Virus record (IMG/VR): IMGVR_UViG_3300037419_000959
Span: 1-56,357 of that record
Reading direction: 5' to 3' (one strand)
From: a virus
Length of the DNA: 56,357 nt
The notes beneath the pieces were generated by a model. The model saw only the letters and a program-made list of their open reading frames with translations, made no database searches and was not told the DNA's origin. Below, one piece after another: positions 49,009-56,357 of the stretch. Positions within the stretch are counted from its first letter, which is position 1. Every line of letters starts with the position of its first letter. The position numbers and the translations under genes are program-made.

Positions 49009-49355
49009 ATTTCCTTGCCCTCAATCACTTCGCCCGTCTTCTCGAAGCCTGCAAGCTTGCAAAGCCGCTCCGAGGTGGGATAATTCGCATCGCGTGGCGT
49101 GAAGACTTCCGTTGCCCCGAGCTGAGCAGCCTTACGCAGCATGTACTGGCATTCCTTCAGGGTTTGCCGCAGAATGCCTTTGGTGCCGTCTTCGACCGAG
49201 AACCATAGCCAGCAGCGACCGCCGCCCCACGCTAAGCCTCCGGCAGCAATGAACCGGCCATCCATCAGGCCAACCTTGCAGGCAACGGGAAGATCGATCT
49301 CCAAACCGCTATGCTGGCGGGCGTAGGAGCCGTTGACGCTCTGCACCTCGATCAT
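48990..49355 (-). CDS. Minimal GNAT-like acetyltransferase-fold protein at the gp13 position
   Basis: CWLWFSVEDGTKGILRQTLKECQYMLRKAAQLGATEVFTPRDANYPTSERLCKLAGFEKTGEV resembles the GNAT beta4-alpha3-beta5-alpha4-beta6 core (..N..s.rl.eklGF...G). 121 aa. Confidence 0.4.
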   Translation of the reverse strand: MIEVQSVNGSYARQHSGLEIDLPVACKVGLMDGRFIAAGGLAWGGGRCWLWFSVEDGTKGILRQTLKECQYMLRKAAQLGATEVFTPRDANYPTSERLCKLAGFEKTGEVIEGKEIWRHLV

Positions 49356-52081
49356 CCGGAGGTGTCCACGGTATAGGCCAGACCAAGGAAGTTCACCGGC
49401 CAGTCAGCCGTGATGTACAGTCGGCTATCTGTCGTCCAACTGTCTGTGTATGGAAGCTGTGCTTCTTCATCGACCAGATCTGCCATGACTTCCGGCGCGA
49501 CTTGATAATCATTGTAGGCAGGCAGCGGCCACATCTCGGTGAATGAATGGCCGAAACGCAGTCCAGAGCGGACATAATCAGAAATGATCATACCGGGAGA
49601 ACTGAGGTTCTTCTTGCGAAGCATGGCTGTCCCGCCGGCCGCACCATAAGCGAGACGAGCGGATTTGTAGCGCCCTTGATAGGGAAGCCCGACGATATAA
49701 CTCGTGACCGTCCTGTCGACCGTAATTGTTCCAGCGTCAGAGACAGTGAATAGCTTGGGAGACGTAAGCTCATCGACAGTCTGCGTGATCGGCGCGCCGT
49801 CTGCCCACACCTTCACTTGTTTGCCGATGAGATGGCTCAAGCCGCCTATCGTTGCGCTGGCAGGGGAATTCGTCCCCATGACCGCGGAATCCATGACAAA
49901 GCCCACAGATGCCTTCGCCTGCGCATCCGTTGCCATCTTTTCGATGTAGCGGCAATCTTGCCCGTTGATTGTGCGTTTTGCGATGCAATAGACGATATCC
50001 TGCGTGGTTCCGGGCAGAACACAGGCACTTTCGTAACCTCCGTCTGTCGTGATGGGGATGAAACCAACGACTTTCTGTGCTGGCTCATAGAGCACGCACA
50101 TGCAGGTTCCATCTGCCAGCACGACCCAGACCCGCGTATCAGGGCGCCGGGAAACTGCGATCTGGATTATGCCGGACTTGAACCGAGAGGCGCAGAGGCG
50201 CGTAAGTTCCGAGGCTGCGTAATCATTCGAATCAGAGGAATAGAGCAGTTCGAATAGCGCCGTTCCTGTCCGATCGGCAAACAGGCCTGACCCGTTGATC
50301 TTCACTGGCTCGATAGGTGCGGACCCTATAGACGAGGAGGATTTCAGCGAAAGATTCGTGGGAGACAGCGGCTCGTCGAGCGTGGTAGATTTGACCGCTA
50401 CCTCGATTGCATTGGTGCCGATGGCAAGCCTCTGGAGAGGAAGCATCCACTGGACATCATTGACGCCACCAATGGCGATCGAGCGATTGATCGGGCCAGA
50501 ATCGCCTTCAGTCGTCTCATCGAAATCGTCATAGGCGTCCGACACCGAAGCCCAGAACTTGTCATTGCCCGCCCAGAACAGCCGGCCCTCGGATAGGGCC
50601 ACAGACGAAGGAAAGCCGCGCTTGGTCGACCATTGCCCCTCTAGCCAATCGCTGATGTAGACGATGCCCTTGAACGGAACAATAACCTGAACCTGAACGG
50701 ACTGCGGATCGTTGTACTGCGTGACCCGGCAAATGCCATAGCCGCCACCGCCATCGTAATTGATCGTGATGTCAGCCACGCCAGATGTATAGCCATTGGC
50801 AAAACCAATGCGATAATAGACGATAGCATTGTCATTCTGATCCGTCTGGACAACGTCGCTGACGTTGGCCGTTATCGGCACAGTGTCATCGCCCTGTGAC
50901 TTGCGATAAGGGCGAAAGCCGAAAGTGTCCGAATCAACAGACCGTTCTGTCTGTAGCGTTGTCGCCCATGTGCCGGCGATCGTATAAGTCCAGTCGCGGT
51001 CACCGATCGTGTCAGTGATATTGTAAACACCAGTGACCTTGATCGGGTCTGTCTTGACCTGATTATCTGCAAGCGATTGCTGGATCAGTTGGCCGTTGTG
51101 GTTGAGCTTGAACAGCGCGCCGACATGATCAGGCGTGAAGAAATCATCAGAAGATCGGAGCGTTGTCACGCCGCGGGTAGCATCTGGCTTCAGGCGAACC
51201 GGGGCAGAGGGTGCCGCCATGAACGGGCCTTTATCGGCCCAATACTTGACCACGCTCCAGGAATGCCGGCTGCGGCGCTCGATGCGCTGTTGCTGCGTTC
51301 CTTCGCAAGCGACGAACACAACATCGGCCGATTGCGCAAACCGCATGTTGCCAACATCAGTCAGCGCCCATGGTGTCGAGATCTCCATCACGCCAGCGGG
51401 CTCGATTGTGCAAGATGCGACACGCCGCGGGGTTTCCGAAGTCGTCTGGAAGCGGACCCAGAATGTATCAGTCGTTGGCGTAAACGCGAGGGAATGCACG
51501 CCCTCGATCAGTTGCGTTTCCGAGATATAGTCATCTCCGGATGCGATCTTGCCGCATCGGAATGTGACAGGTCCAACATCGATGACGATCCTGAGCGCAT
51601 GTTCCTTGCCCATATCAGCGCCGGAGACGGATACCGATTGCTTTGCGACTGCCTTGGAGCCAAGAGCAGAAGCCGTTAGACGAAGCTTCCCACCTGAGAT
51701 TTCAGATGTTGCGCCGGCTGTTGCGCTCAATGCCCAGCCGCCATCATCCTCAAAATCTGGATGTTGAATTGCTGTCGAGACGGCTCCGCGGGCAAGCGGC
51801 ACATCATCGACAATCACACGCATGCGATTGTTGGTGAATTCTAGAACAGCGCCGTCCTTGTCGCTGAAGACGAATTCCTTGAGCTGCCCTTGCTTGTTGT
51901 CTCGCGTTCCGGTGAGATATTGCGTTCCAGGACGGAGGAACATATTGCCCGTCACTGTCGCCATCAGGTTCGTCTGTTCCTCGGCGGCGAGGCGCATGCG
52001 CTCCAGATCGACACGCGGGAGGTGTTCCTTGTCAACGACCCCTGCGTTGAAGGACTGGACGTAGACGTTTTGCTTTGGCAT
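49352..52081 (-). CDS. Tail tubular protein B (gp12-like nozzle)
   Basis: 909 aa. Lies immediately after the gp11-like gene (1-nt overlap). Order and size are as in T7-like tails. Confidence 0.65.
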   Translation of the reverse strand: MPKQNVYVQSFNAGVVDKEHLPRVDLERMRLAAEEQTNLMATVTGNMFLRPGTQYLTGTRDNKQGQLKEFVFSDKDGAVLEFTNNRMRVIVDDVPLARGAVSTAIQHPDFEDDGGWALSATAGATSEISGGKLRLTASALGSKAVAKQSVSVSGADMGKEHALRIVIDVGPVTFRCGKIASGDDYISETQLIEGVHSLAFTPTTDTFWVRFQTTSETPRRVASCTIEPAGVMEISTPWALTDVGNMRFAQSADVVFVACEGTQQQRIERRSRHSWSVVKYWADKGPFMAAPSAPVRLKPDATRGVTTLRSSDDFFTPDHVGALFKLNHNGQLIQQSLADNQVKTDPIKVTGVYNITDTIGDRDWTYTIAGTWATTLQTERSVDSDTFGFRPYRKSQGDDTVPITANVSDVVQTDQNDNAIVYYRIGFANGYTSGVADITINYDGGGGYGICRVTQYNDPQSVQVQVIVPFKGIVYISDWLEGQWSTKRGFPSSVALSEGRLFWAGNDKFWASVSDAYDDFDETTEGDSGPINRSIAIGGVNDVQWMLPLQRLAIGTNAIEVAVKSTTLDEPLSPTNLSLKSSSSIGSAPIEPVKINGSGLFADRTGTALFELLYSSDSNDYAASELTRLCASRFKSGIIQIAVSRRPDTRVWVVLADGTCMCVLYEPAQKVVGFIPITTDGGYESACVLPGTTQDIVYCIAKRTINGQDCRYIEKMATDAQAKASVGFVMDSAVMGTNSPASATIGGLSHLIGKQVKVWADGAPITQTVDELTSPKLFTVSDAGTITVDRTVTSYIVGLPYQGRYKSARLAYGAAGGTAMLRKKNLSSPGMIISDYVRSGLRFGHSFTEMWPLPAYNDYQVAPEVMADLVDEEAQLPYTDSWTTDSRLYITADWPVNFLGLAYTVDTSG

Positions 52082-52704
52082 CAGCGATAGCGCGTGTAAG
52101 TCCGCGAGCCGTAGCCATAGCGAGAGCGGATCAGGCGACCGCGAGGAGCGTATTCAACTTCCTCGTCTGCGGCATCCTTGATCTTGGCATCGGCAAGCCG
52201 GCGCTTGTAGAGTTGGAACAGGTCGCTTCTGGAGCCCTTGTCATCGGGGATGGCGATTGCTGCCTCGAAGGCAAGATAGGCTTCCAGCGCCTTGCAGAAG
52301 TGCTGCCTCCATGCGCCTATGTTCCAGCCGTAGTTCGGGAGGTTTGAGACATACGTGATGAAGAGCTTTTCCGGGTCAGCGTACCAGTAGGCAGCCTCAT
52401 CATGCCAGCGCTCGAAATCGCTGTTGAGCGTGGGGAAGTCGCAGACGCGCTGCGTTCTCACCCAATCGGCAGGCTTGGAGAAGCCGTATTTGTAGCCGAA
52501 CAGCGGTTCTACGTTGGTGTCAAAATCCAGTTCCACCGTCCGCAACGCGAAGTTCCACAGGCCTTGTTCCAGCATGTAGTTGACCGCCGAATCCCAGCAG
52601 TCATCCAGAACGGAGCGCATGGCTGTCTGTTCGGTGAGCGAGGCAATACGATGATTGCCAAGCATCCGAGCGGCGCCGCGGTAGATGGTGAGACGGTCAC
52701 CCAT
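52081..52704 (-). CDS. Tail tubular protein A (gp11-like adaptor)
   Basis: 207 aa. Position between the capsid block and the gp12-like gene. Confidence 0.6.
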   Translation of the reverse strand: MGDRLTIYRGAARMLGNHRIASLTEQTAMRSVLDDCWDSAVNYMLEQGLWNFALRTVELDFDTNVEPLFGYKYGFSKPADWVRTQRVCDFPTLNSDFERWHDEAAYWYADPEKLFITYVSNLPNYGWNIGAWRQHFCKALEAYLAFEAAIAIPDDKGSRSDLFQLYKRRLADAKIKDAADEEVEYAPRGRLIRSRYGYGSRTYTRYR

Positions 52705-53173
52705 TGACGGCTAACCTCAATAATTCTGGTTCTGCAAAAGAGACTGATTGCACGTTCCCGATAGCGCTGGCCCCATGCTCGATAGCCGCCTTGATTGCTG
52801 TCGGAGCGTCGGCACCCACGTACATTGCCCCATAGCAAGCTTGTGATCCGCCGCCGATAGAGATGTACGGCGCATCATACATCTCATCACCGTAGGCAGT
52901 GCGCAGCCTAATCGGGTCTCCGGCCTTGGCAATGACAACAACGAATGAACTATTGTCGCCATCATTTAATGACCGCGCCTTCGGTTCGTCCCCCGTATAG
53001 CCGCCCTTTACCCAAGCAATGTAGTTTGACGCTTCGGCCGCATTACCTGTTAGTCCGTAGAGAACCCCGTCATTCCCTTTAGCAACCTTCGTTGCCCAAG
53101 GGTTCATTCCGTCGCCGTGCCACACACCACTGTCAGCAGCCATTATGCCATCACGATAAGCAATCGTGGTCAT
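52697..53173 (-). CDS. HslV/proteasome-beta-like Ntn-hydrolase peptidase
   Basis: 158 aa from ATG 53173 (ATGA overlap). MTTIAYRDGIMAADSG (Thr after Met, then GD/ADS), TKVAK (Lys), LYGLTGNAAEA (GxxG-A) and YISIGGGSQACYGA (SGG). Same order as HslV TTIV..DG..AGDGQ..K..AGFAGGTADA..AIGSGG. Confidence 0.6.
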   Translation of the reverse strand: MTTIAYRDGIMAADSGVWHGDGMNPWATKVAKGNDGVLYGLTGNAAEASNYIAWVKGGYTGDEPKARSLNDGDNSSFVVVIAKAGDPIRLRTAYGDEMYDAPYISIGGGSQACYGAMYVGADAPTAIKAAIEHGASAIGNVQSVSFAEPELLRLAVNG

Positions 53174-53634
53174 GCCGCCACCTGCCCCAGCATTTGGCGA
53201 TGATGCTTGATCGCCGACGTGATGGCTTCGACCTTGGTCTTGTGATCGCGGCTGATCGGAACAGCGCCATCCTTCAGGCGAACCCGCCAGAGCGTGCGCG
53301 GCGTGTGATCGACTACATAGCCATCCGGAAGAGACGCCTCGATCTGTTCGGCTTCCTCGTCCGAAATAGACATGGTCCGCGTCGTGTCGCGCCATTCGCG
53401 GATCACGTAGACATTGACGAAGCCAACATTCGAGTTGGCAACACGCAAGGTGATATCGAAGCCATCGCCGAGAACGTCGATCAGATCGCCTTTCTTCAGG
53501 CGGCCGGCGTGATGAGCCCAGAAACCGGGCATGAGCATGTCTTCCACCGTGACATCAGGCGAAACGGTGAGATGGAATTGCTGGCGCACGTATTCGGCCT
53601 GGTGCCGAAGCGCCGTGGGATGCAGGGTTTTCAT
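53170..53634 (-). CDS. Hypothetical virion-module protein (154 aa)
   Basis: ATG 53634 (MKTLHPTALRH..) with an AGAGG SD. The track start 53676 lies inside the terminator hairpin. Confidence 0.55.
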   Translation of the reverse strand: MKTLHPTALRHQAEYVRQQFHLTVSPDVTVEDMLMPGFWAHHAGRLKKGDLIDVLGDGFDITLRVANSNVGFVNVYVIREWRDTTRTMSISDEEAEQIEASLPDGYVVDHTPRTLWRVRLKDGAVPISRDHKTKVEAITSAIKHHRQMLGQVAA

Positions 53635-53666
53635 GCGTGCCTCTTTTGCATTTTGACATCGGAAGA

Positions 53667-53696
53667 GGGGCGGCAAGGGAGGAGGATTGCCGCCCC
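53667..53696 (-). terminator. Strong 10-bp GC hairpin after the capsid/decoration genes (T-phi-like position)
   Basis: GGGGCGGCAA-10 nt-TTGCCGCCCC. On the minus strand it is followed by TCTTCC. Confidence 0.55.
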
Positions 53697-53749
53697 ATCA
53701 CTCCGACTGTGGGGGAAGAGGCAACCCGCAGCCGAAGCTGCGAAGTGCC

Positions 53750-54016
53750 TTAGGTGATCGCTGTCGGGGCCGCGACAGTAGCAGCCGCACCAGAGACCGA
53801 GGCCACCTGATAGCGCTTGTACTTCGCAGTGCCGACATTGATGGCGTCGACCAGATCTCCAACGCGCATGCCGCGCGTCACGCCGTCCGAGAAGTAGCCG
53901 GCACCGACAATGGTGGCGTCTGCATCGGGAGTTGCGTTGAGATAGAGGAAGACGCGGGGAAGAGCGCCGCCGACAGAGTTGTAGAGCAGCGCAACGTTAT
54001 CACCACTATAAGCCAT
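53750..54016 (-). CDS. Small protein after the capsid gene (88 aa), possible decoration/cement protein
   Basis: Internal ATG 54016 lies 11 nt after the capsid stop, with GGAGATCACCC between them. The track start 54286 lies inside the capsid gene. Confidence 0.55.
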   Translation of the reverse strand: MAYSGDNVALLYNSVGGALPRVFLYLNATPDADATIVGAGYFSDGVTRGMRVGDLVDAINVGTAKYKRYQVASVSGAAATVAAPTAIT

Positions 54017-54027
54017 GGGTGATCTCC

Positions 54028-54864
54028 TTACGTGGTCACGAACGCGGAGCCGTCGTGAGTGATCTTCACGATGCCGTTGTTCTGGAGGATCTTTGCGCCG
54101 TGGTAGACCTCGGCACGCGACCAGGATTTGCCCTGGCGTTCGTCGAAGCCGGCATAGATGCGATCTTCGCCGACGTTGATCGAGTAGCCGAGCGCGCGCT
54201 TGTGGAACATGTAGCAAAGCTCGCTGGCCGTACCGATGCCCGTGATACGGGACGAGACGATCCAGTTGATGCCTGCCCAGCGCCACATCTTGCGGACAGG
54301 TCCGTCAAGCGGCTTGCTGTCGACGTAGAGACCGTTGGCGAATTCCGTTGTCTGCAGCAGATACCCGCGGAAAGCCGGGGTGATGATGCAGAACATGTTC
54401 TCTTCGTCTTCGATGTCGACGTCGTTGTTGCCGAGGCATGCCTGGGCGCCGAGGACGGTCTGCAGCGTGGCTGTGCCAGTGCCGAAGTCCTGCGTTGCAT
54501 TGGCAAGCTCTGCGAGCATGGTCAGGTCGATATCGCGGTTGATCACTGCGATCGATTCTGTCCGCATCAGGCCGACCTGGTCGCCCTGAGATGCAAAGAC
54601 GTTGAAGCCGGTCAGCTCATAGGGAGCGTGCTTTTCAACGAGCGTTGCGGTAACCTGCGTATTGGTCGGGTTGCCGTACGGGATATCACCGTTGGTGCCG
54701 CGGGTGACTGCCGTATCAGTTGCCGAACCAGACACCAGGAAGGTGGCTTGGTTGCCGTTCAGTACCACTTCTTTCGTAGCGGTCATTCGTAGAAGACTAA
54801 CGGTCTGCCGAAATGCCGGAACGAAATCGCGACGATACTGAACTACTGCTGCCTCAATGGACAT
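54028..54864 (-). CDS. Major capsid protein
   Basis: 278 aa. Follows the scaffold gene and a 180-nt spacer with AAGGAACTACC before the ATG. Assigned by position and composition; no diagnostic motif. Confidence 0.7.
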   Translation of the reverse strand: MSIEAAVVQYRRDFVPAFRQTVSLLRMTATKEVVLNGNQATFLVSGSATDTAVTRGTNGDIPYGNPTNTQVTATLVEKHAPYELTGFNVFASQGDQVGLMRTESIAVINRDIDLTMLAELANATQDFGTGTATLQTVLGAQACLGNNDVDIEDEENMFCIITPAFRGYLLQTTEFANGLYVDSKPLDGPVRKMWRWAGINWIVSSRITGIGTASELCYMFHKRALGYSINVGEDRIYAGFDERQGKSWSRAEVYHGAKILQNNGIVKITHDGSAFVTT

Positions 54865-54909
54865 GGTAGTTCCTTCGTTTTGATTTGGTTGGGGTTTTCA
54901 GCTCCGAGA

Positions 54910-54954
54910 CAGGGTAGCCTTCAGCGTTGCCGGGTCTGCATAAGCAGGGTAGCC
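54910..54954. repeat. Direct repeat CAGGGTAGCC x2 (period 35) in the scaffold-capsid spacer
   Basis: Copies at 54910..54919 and 54945..54954. TTGCCGGGT also occurs twice (near 54928 and 55032). Confidence 0.5.
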
Positions 54955-55045
54955 AGCGTGGCGTCAGGGGCTTTCACGTGCTTGAGGGATAGATGGCTGT
55001 TCACCCGGGCCGCAATGCGGGGTGGCGAGTGATTGCCGGGTATGC

Positions 55046-55963
55046 TTACTTCTTCGATCGCTTGAGTTCTGTCTCAATGATCGAATTCATTTCCTTCGCG
55101 AACTCCCGTTCATACCGTGGGAAATCGGTGTCACGGATGTTCTCGATGAATTTCTTGCGGTCCTCGAACTTCTGCGCAACGTCAGTGTTGGCAAAGGCAG
55201 AGTCACCGAATGTCTCGCGGCCCTTGTTTGAAAAGGCCATGACCAGTTCAGGAACGTTGCCGATCTTCCTTCCATCAGGAAGACGAGCAGCGCAGAACTC
55301 CTGGAATGGCATGCCAAGTTCCTGCTCGATGAAGCGGGTGGCGAGCGTCAGGTTGCCGCGGTACTCAGCGCCGGCCCATTCGCCGCGCATCCTGTCTTCG
55401 CATTCCGTCGCAGCCTTTGTGTCGGCCTCTCGCATGGCCTGATCAGCGGAATCCTTGTTCTCAAGGTACCACTCGACCATGTCATTGACGTATTCTTGCG
55501 GGATGCCGCGCTTGTGAGCGAATTCCGTGTAGTTCGAGAACACGGGCTTATCATCGTCCGAAAGACGGCTGACGACCTTGTCATTGAGCTTGTAGCCCGT
55601 GGCATCATCCGGCAAAGCCATTGCCTTGCGCCAGTCGGCCATTGCCTTTTCGTCGGCAAAGTCCTTGGGACGCTCGATCTTGGTGGCGCCAGCACGGATC
55701 TTCTGCTCTTTCTCAAGCAGAGCCTTGCCGATATTGGCCGGCGAACTGTAGCGATTGATGAGCTTGGCGACGTCTTCATTGCCGCCCGTGAGCAGATCAC
55801 GCCAATTGTCCGGAATGGACGATTCAGACGCGGCCTGTTCTGTGGTCACCTCCTCGGTTACCGCCTTTTCAACGGCCGTCGTTGCTGCTGTGGCTTCTGT
55901 AGTCTGAGTTGCCGTCGCTTCTTGCGTGACATCAGGCCTGATCTCTGTTGTTGCCTCTTCCAT
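55046..55963 (-). CDS. Scaffolding protein candidate
   Basis: 305 aa. Acidic Thr/Ala/Glu-rich N-terminus (MEEATTEIRPDVTQEATATQTTEATAATTAVEK), helical charged remainder. Lies between the portal block and the capsid. Confidence 0.55.
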   Translation of the reverse strand: MEEATTEIRPDVTQEATATQTTEATAATTAVEKAVTEEVTTEQAASESSIPDNWRDLLTGGNEDVAKLINRYSSPANIGKALLEKEQKIRAGATKIERPKDFADEKAMADWRKAMALPDDATGYKLNDKVVSRLSDDDKPVFSNYTEFAHKRGIPQEYVNDMVEWYLENKDSADQAMREADTKAATECEDRMRGEWAGAEYRGNLTLATRFIEQELGMPFQEFCAARLPDGRKIGNVPELVMAFSNKGRETFGDSAFANTDVAQKFEDRKKFIENIRDTDFPRYEREFAKEMNSIIETELKRSKK

Positions 55964-56221
55964 TTACTGCCTCTTCTTCACCTTCTCCAATGCGGCTGCA
56001 TCCTTCATGCGGGCAACCTGCAGACCAACGTTCCTTTCTCCCTCCAGAAAGGCCGTCTCTCTGTCCGTAGGCGCGAAACTCGATTGTCCAATGTGGCAGC
56101 AGTTGAGCAGTAGCCACTCAATGGCGCGCTTCTGCTGATCCTCTGTGGCCTTGCCTTCGAACAAGGCGCGGAAGGCGTAGACAATGCCCTCGTCGTAAGG
56201 AACGGGCGTGGTTACGTTCAT
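55964..56221 (-). CDS. Small conserved protein between portal and scaffold (85 aa)
   Basis: ATGA overlap with the portal stop. ..AIEWLLLNCCHIGQSSFAPTDRETAFLEGERNVGLQVARM resembles the small protein found at this position in BPP-1-like podophages (recollection, low confidence). Confidence 0.55.
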   Translation of the reverse strand: MNVTTPVPYDEGIVYAFRALFEGKATEDQQKRAIEWLLLNCCHIGQSSFAPTDRETAFLEGERNVGLQVARMKDAAALEKVKKRQ

Positions 56222-56357
56222 TGTGCAGGAGCCGCGCTAGGTGCGCCACCAGGGGCAAGGCCGGCCTGCTGTAGAGCCTGTGTGCCTTCGCCGACATTCT
56301 TGGCCGTGAGACCGCCCGCATTGAGCACCTGTGCTGCCTGGGCTAGCTGTGCTGCCT
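56218..56357 (-). CDS. Portal protein C-terminal end (same gene as 1..1652; 56231..56357 duplicates 1..127)
   Basis: In-frame continuation ..AP AQ TGA (stop at 56218..56220) after the repeat. Confidence 0.8.
   Translation of the reverse strand, partial: AAQLAQAAQVLNAGGLTAKNVGEGTQALQQAGLAPGGAPSAAPAQ
56231..56357. repeat. Terminal direct repeat, right copy (identical to 1..127)
   Basis: Read directly, 127 of 127 identical. Confidence 0.97.

Larger units (their letters stand above)
1..56357. mobile_element. Complete circularly closed temperate phage genome (unit 56,230 bp) with a T7/BPP-1-like podovirus virion module and lambdoid-style control/recombination genes
   Basis: Identical 127-bp ends. 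Terminase, portal, scaffold, capsid, tail tubular A/B, internal virion proteins, tailspikes, lysis cassette, integrase and S24 repressor are all present. No cellular housekeeping genes were seen. Confidence 0.9.

Noticed and set aside
52697-53395. Long N-terminal extensions of track ORFs 52697..53395, 53170..53676, 53750..54286, 35095..35595, 34863..35345, 13478..13963 and 12029..12517
   Set aside because: The extensions overlap the preceding genes in other frames and have low-complexity Arg/Ser/Pro composition. Internal ATGs give ATGA or 1-nt stop-start coupling, and in one case avoid a terminator hairpin.

Overview
The window is a complete, circularly closed temperate phage genome. Positions 1..127 are identical to 56231..56357, so the unit length is 56,230 bp, and the portal ORF reads across the junction. 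Composition is fairly GC-rich. The lysis cassette has spanins and the att-like site resembles tRNA-Pro, so the host is Gram-negative and probably alphaproteobacterial (inference). One very long minus-strand transcription direction runs 17.8 kb -> 1 -> wrap -> 32.9 kb. It carries about 35 small early/accessory genes: an HNH nuclease, a HAD phosphatase, a vWA protein, a lambda-type Ser/Thr phosphatase, a PD-(D/E)xK nuclease, a DpdA-like transglycosylase with a YhhQ-like transporter, a DnaA-domain-IV protein and a NusG-like factor. These are followed by a ~0.78-kb untranslated leader and a T7/BPP-1-like podovirus late module. The late module encodes TerS, TerL, portal, scaffold, capsid, an HslV-like peptidase, tail tubular A/B, internal virion proteins, two tailspikes, a GH19 endolysin, holin, spanins and an SGNH esterase. 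The plus strand (17.9-32.4 kb) carries the S24 CI repressor, an early-right operon (XRE regulator, Rad52/Sak annealase, SSB, NinB-like, HNH nucleases, DUF551 pair, two Lar-like proteins), Xis-like/integrase, a putative attP with a tRNA-Pro 5' half, and small moron-type genes. One plus-strand GT61 glycosyltransferase lies antisense inside the late operon. No RNA polymerase, DNA polymerase, helicase or primase was recognised. The most interesting items are: (1) a salvage-type 7-deazaguanine DNA-modification pair with no biosynthesis genes; (2) the NusG-like factor, structured leader and repeated internal terminators; (3) an HslV-like Ntn peptidase and a GNAT-like protein inside the virion module; (4) an SGNH esterase chained to the spanins; (5) an att site matching the 5' rather than 3' half of a tRNA; (6) an AT-rich HNH cassette abutting the SSB C-terminal tip. 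All functional calls rest on motifs read by eye. No database search was run.
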